The notes below the pieces were generated by a model. It was not told the origin of the DNA and searched no databases. It saw only the letters and a list, made by a program, of their open reading frames with translations. DNA of 56,177 bases from an uncultured Anaerolineaceae bacterium (GTDB lineage: Bacteria; Chloroflexota; Anaerolineae; Anaerolineales; Anaerolineaceae). The translations under genes and the position numbers were made by a program. This document shows positions 52,942 to 56,177 of this stretch, piece after piece. The stretch spans positions 1,488 to 57,664 of the forward strand of contig CAZCBJ010000002.1 in NCBI GenBank assembly GCA_964496705.1, written 5' to 3'. The first letter of the stretch is position 1. Each line of letters begins with the position of its first letter.

Positions 52942-53120
52942 ATCCGCAGATAACGCAGATAGTCGCAGATGAATGCGGAATTTGATCAACCAATTGCTAA
53001 TCAGCCTGGTCCGCTGATAAAGAAGAAATCAAAGATAAATATATTAATATTATTTTAATTATAAAAAATAAAATAAAATAAAATAAAATTATATCTGCGG
53101 CATCTGCGAAATCTGCGGAT
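52942..53120. repeat. 179-bp element: inverted arrays of three CGCAGAT heptamers flanking an extremely AT-rich core with (AAAAT)5
   Basis: Left arm: CGCAGAT at 52945, 52954 and 52964. Right arm: ATCTGCG at 53093, 53102 and 53111. The outermost 10 bp, ATCCGCAGAT / ATCTGCGGAT, are perfect inverted repeats. 53017-53094 (78 nt) contains 4 G/C by hand count. (AAAAT)5 is at 53065-53089. Confidence 0.6.
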
Positions 53121-53129
53121 TCTCTTGGT

Positions 53130-54344
53130 TTATTCCCAGGCAGGCTGCCGGGCGGGCTGTTTGGGTTGGCGGGAGAGCAGCCAGGCGGCCAATAGGAACA
53201 TCAGCGCGGCCAGCAGGAAAGGCGAGCCGCGCAGCATGTTCTGGTAGATGGCGCCGCCGAGGAAGGAGCCGAGCATGTTCATCAGGCTGCCCAGCGCGGT
53301 GGTCACGCCCATCAGCACACCCTGTTCGCCGGGTTTGACCTTGCTGACGGTCAGCGAGGTGAGCATTGGCCAGAAGAAGGCGTTGATGCCGCGCGAGAGG
53401 ATGTTGATGGGGAATATCATCCACAGCGCGGGGGCGAAGAAGGCGCCCAGCGCGCCGGGAGCCTGCAGCAGCAGGCTGGTGACCGCGACGCGCTCCTCGC
53501 CGAAGCGCTTGACCGTGCGGCTGACCAGGAAGAGCTGCACGATGCCCGAGGCGATGCCGTAACAGGCCAGCAGCAGCCCCACCTGGGAGGGCTGGGCGTC
53601 GAACTTGTGGATGAGGAAGAGCGATTCGGTGCTGGTGACGCCGTTGAAGGCCAGGTTGAACAGGCAGGCGACGATCAGGATGGCGCCCAGGCCGGGTTTG
53701 CGCGCCATCTCGCCGATGGCGGCCAGCGGGTTGGCGTCGTTGAAGCGCAGCGGCTGGCGGATGCGCTGGGCGGGGGGCAGCGATTCGGGCAGGAGGAAGA
53801 TGCCCAGCGCCAGGTTGATCAGCGCCATGAGCGCGGCAGCGAAGGCCGGCGCGCTCAGGTTCCACTGCCCCAGCACGGCGCCCATCGCCGGGCCCAACAC
53901 CAGACCAATCGACCAGGCCATGCCGATCAGGGCGAAGTTCTTGGCGCGTTCTGCGGGCTTGGACACGTCGGCAATGTAAGCCGAGCAGGCCGACATGTTG
54001 CCGCCGGTGATGCCGCTGATCACCCGCGAGAGGAACAGCACCCACAACGCCCCGCCCAGGCCGAAGATCAGGTAGCCCACCGCCGTGCCGAATACGCTGA
54101 CCAGGATCACCGGGCGGCGGCCGAAGCGGTCGCTGAGCTTGCCCAGCAGCGGAGCGGCCAGGAACTGGGCGGCGGCGTAAAGCACCGAGAGCATGGTCAC
54201 GTCGACGGCGCTGTCGGAGTACTTTTGAACGATGAAGGCGGCCACCGGGGCGAGCAGCATCAGCCCGATCACGTCGAGGAGCAGGATGAAGAAAATGACC
54301 AGGATGGCCGGACGGGTGGAGCGGGTGGGGGTGGGAGTTTGCAC
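53130..54344 (-). CDS. MFS transporter, DHA1/TetA-like efflux pump
   Basis: 12 TM segments. Motif A GKLSDRFGRRPVIL. Motif C-like GPAMGAVLG. Confidence 0.9.
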   Translation of the reverse strand: MQTPTPTRSTRPAILVIFFILLLDVIGLMLLAPVAAFIVQKYSDSAVDVTMLSVLYAAAQFLAAPLLGKLSDRFGRRPVILVSVFGTAVGYLIFGLGGALWVLFLSRVISGITGGNMSACSAYIADVSKPAERAKNFALIGMAWSIGLVLGPAMGAVLGQWNLSAPAFAAALMALINLALGIFLLPESLPPAQRIRQPLRFNDANPLAAIGEMARKPGLGAILIVACLFNLAFNGVTSTESLFLIHKFDAQPSQVGLLLACYGIASGIVQLFLVSRTVKRFGEERVAVTSLLLQAPGALGAFFAPALWMIFPINILSRGINAFFWPMLTSLTVSKVKPGEQGVLMGVTTALGSLMNMLGSFLGGAIYQNMLRGSPFLLAALMFLLAAWLLSRQPKQPARQPAWE

Positions 54345-54389
54345 GATGCCTCGCGGGGAAAGTGATGAACGGGTGGATTATAAACCCAT

Positions 54390-54422
54390 CAAAAAAACCC
54401 CGCCAGACCAGGGCTGGCGGGG
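54390..54422 (-). terminator. Intrinsic terminator downstream of the TPR gene
   Basis: The minus strand reads CCCCGCCAG-ccctggt-CUGGCGGGG followed by UUUUUUU (plus-strand A-run 54391-54397). 9-bp GC-rich stem. Confidence 0.7.
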
Positions 54423-54445
54423 CAGGGTGCGGTGGGAGGACGGGA

Positions 54446-55129
54446 TCAGGGCGCGGGGGTCAGGCGCTGTTCGAGCAGGTCGGCATCTTGAAGAGAGCGG
54501 TCAAAACGCGATAAACGGTAGAAGCGCAGCGCCAGGGTGAAATCCCCTTTTTGCTCATACAGTTTTCCGGCATTCCAGCAGCCGTGATTGCCTGGGTCGC
54601 CGTTGTAGCAGCAGTTGATCAGCGAGTCGATCGCCTCGGCGGTGAAGCCCTGCGCGCGCTGGCGGGCGCCCAGGCGGCACCAGGCCAGCCCGTCGTGGGG
54701 GTGGGCGGCGGTGATCTGCGCGTACAGCTCCAGCGCGCGCTGCGGGTCGCTGGGGGTGAGGGCGTCGGCCAGCCAGAAGAGGGCGCTGCGCTCCTGCGGG
54801 TAGAGCGCGGCAGCCCACCGGGCGAGGGCCAGGTCTTTGGGGGCGATGCGCTGGACCATCTGCATGTGAAAGGGGGAGCAGGCCAGCAGCCGGGCCAGCG
54901 CGGGACGGGCGGATTCCAGCGAGGTGCGGCGCAGCAGGGTGAGGGTGTGCAGCCAGGCGAGGCGGCAGTCGGCGGGGGAGGCGGAGAGGGACTGGGAGAG
55001 GCTCATTGAGCTTCGATAGAGCGGTAAAGCGGCCAGGTTGTGCGAAACAGCCTGCGAGAGCGGCCAGGACGCCAGCGCGACCAGAGATATCAGCAGGATC
55101 AAAGGAAGCGATCGTTGCAGGCGAATCAT
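54446..55129 (-). CDS. Secreted/membrane-anchored TPR-repeat protein
   Basis: MIRLQRSLPLILLISLVALASWP signal/anchor, then Ala/Leu-rich TPR-like helices (ALELYAQITAAHPHDGLAWCRLG..., AGKLYEQKGDFTLALRFYRL). The ATG at 55129, 4 nt after the upstream stop, is preferred over 55231. Confidence 0.65.
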   Translation of the reverse strand: MIRLQRSLPLILLISLVALASWPLSQAVSHNLAALPLYRSSMSLSQSLSASPADCRLAWLHTLTLLRRTSLESARPALARLLACSPFHMQMVQRIAPKDLALARWAAALYPQERSALFWLADALTPSDPQRALELYAQITAAHPHDGLAWCRLGARQRAQGFTAEAIDSLINCCYNGDPGNHGCWNAGKLYEQKGDFTLALRFYRLSRFDRSLQDADLLEQRLTPAP

Positions 55130-55133
55130 TGAG

Positions 55134-56177
55134 CTAGGTGATATGTATGCTTCCGCTGACAAACTCAGGCACTTTGCCTTTGCTATCCCCCCAGCGGTTA
55201 TAGAACCTGAACAGCCCAAGCAGGAAACCAAGGCCGTAACCCAGATGCAGGATTGTAAAGCATAGGGGCAGTTGCGCCAGAAACTTCCAACTACTGCGCG
55301 AGGCTATCAAGCTGGCAGCGGACAGGTTGGCGGTCAGGTAGCTGCCTGCAGCCAGCGCCAGGAAGATCCAGCCCCAGGGGAAGAGCAGGGACAGTAGCAG
55401 CGAGCCCAGCAGACCGCCAGCAAAAAGCGGCGGCACAAATTGACGCGGGCGCATCTGCCGGGGATGTTTTTGCAGTACGCGCACCTTGTAAAATCCGTAC
55501 TGATAAAATTGCTTCCAGAGGGATGAAAAGGTTGGACGATTGTAATACAAGCTGTTGATGTCGGGCGAGCAGACGATTTTCCCGCCGCTTTTTCGCAGGC
55601 GGTAGCTGAACTCATCGTCCTGATCGCGCACCAGTTCCTCGTCAAAACCGCCCAGCTCAATATACACCTTTCGCTGGCACAGGCCCATAAAGACGGTGTC
55701 GACCTCTTCTTCTTGTTTGGTGTAGCGGAAGCGGGCGTCGCCCATGCCGAAGGGTGTGCTGGTGGCCAGGGAGATGACCTTGGCCAGCTGGGTTTGACCG
55801 ATGGCCTGCACCGGCCCGCCGACCATGTGCGCACCGGTGCGCTGTAATACCTCAACCGCTTTGCTGACATAATCCTGGGCGAGGACGGAGTGGCCGCTGA
55901 CAATTCCGATCAAATCGCCGTGGGATTGCTGGATGCCCAGGTTCCAGGCTGCGGATTGGATGATTTTAGGATTGCGCAGCAGTTTCAATCGCGGATTGGC
56001 TGCAGCTAATTCCTGCAGGATTTCCCAGGAGCCGTCGGTGGACATGCCGTCGATGACGATGATTTCGACTGCTTCCGGGGGGTAATCCTGCATGAGCAAT
56101 GATTGGACGCAGTAGCCAATATAGTTGGCTTCGTTGCGAACCGGGACGAGGAGGGAGACTGTGGGATTATTGTTCAT
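55134..56177 (-). CDS. GT2 family glycosyltransferase with C-terminal TM helices
   Basis: VSLLVPVRNEANYIGYCVQSLLMQDYP...IIVIDGMSTDGS...DQDDEFSYR. The start codon is the last 3 nt of the window. Confidence 0.85.
   Translation of the reverse strand: MNNNPTVSLLVPVRNEANYIGYCVQSLLMQDYPPEAVEIIVIDGMSTDGSWEILQELAAANPRLKLLRNPKIIQSAAWNLGIQQSHGDLIGIVSGHSVLAQDYVSKAVEVLQRTGAHMVGGPVQAIGQTQLAKVISLATSTPFGMGDARFRYTKQEEEVDTVFMGLCQRKVYIELGGFDEELVRDQDDEFSYRLRKSGGKIVCSPDINSLYYNRPTFSSLWKQFYQYGFYKVRVLQKHPRQMRPRQFVPPLFAGGLLGSLLLSLLFPWGWIFLALAAGSYLTANLSAASLIASRSSWKFLAQLPLCFTILHLGYGLGFLLGLFRFYNRWGDSKGKVPEFVSGSIHIT

Noticed and set aside
53040-53092. AT-rich repeats (AAAAT)5 as a CRISPR-like or tandem-repeat array
   Set aside because: The unit is only 5 nt with no spacers, so it is a microsatellite within the AT-rich core. 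No CRISPR repeat-spacer architecture or cas genes exist anywhere in the window.

Overview
GC-rich bacterial chromosomal window with about 50 tightly packed genes and no rRNA, tRNA, CRISPR array, transposase or integrase that I could recognise. The gene content suggests a Chloroflexota/Anaerolineae-like organism: a bacterial Elp3, lipobox lipoproteins, Ser/Thr/Pro-rich linkers and no outer-membrane genes. That assignment is inference only.

Layout, left to right:
1. 1-6.9 kb: carbohydrate and redox genes. These are a partial methyltransferase, a BNR/sialidase-like protein plus GH43, a ferredoxin followed by an internally deleted aldehyde:ferredoxin oxidoreductase relic, and a GNAT.
2. 6.9-12.7 kb: a heterodimeric ABC exporter pair and a large polytopic membrane protein.
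3. 12.7-15.2 kb: a divergent Elp3 / Trm9-like methyltransferase pair.
4. 15.5-20.1 kb: MgtC, a phosphodiesterase, an SGNH lipoprotein, a nitroreductase and a URO-D-family protein.
5. 20.1-24.0 kb: a 1292-aa secreted parallel beta-helix protein with a ~160-aa super-repeat.
6. 24.2-27.0 kb: ArsC, a CrtI-like oxidoreductase, and a complete promoter / yybP-ykoY Mn riboswitch / terminator / mntP unit.
7. 27.0-42.0 kb: a cell-surface glycan locus. A NusG paralog, BY-kinase and LysM protein are encoded on the minus strand. On the plus strand are a WbpB/D/E-like set, a LegB/PtmE/LegC-like set, a Wzy/WaaL-like protein, a flippase-like UPF0104 protein and two atypically fused phosphoglycosyl transferases.
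8. 42.3-51.7 kb: a co-directional minus-strand block. It runs Mop-type molybdoenzyme, NOX/FRE-type flavocytochrome, a tiny TM peptide, DUF364, PadR, a chelate-type ABC importer and a P-loop NTPase.
9. 51.9-56.2 kb: YggS, an enolase-superfamily relic, an odd AT-rich element bracketed by inverted heptamer arrays, an MFS pump, a TPR protein and a GT2.

Most interesting: the Elp3-Trm9 pair (a candidate eukaryote/archaea-type mcm5U34 pathway in a bacterium), the FRE/NOX-Mop-DUF364-ABC block, the unusual PGT fusions, and the AT-rich inverted-heptamer element. All family calls come from reading motifs by eye. No database search was run.
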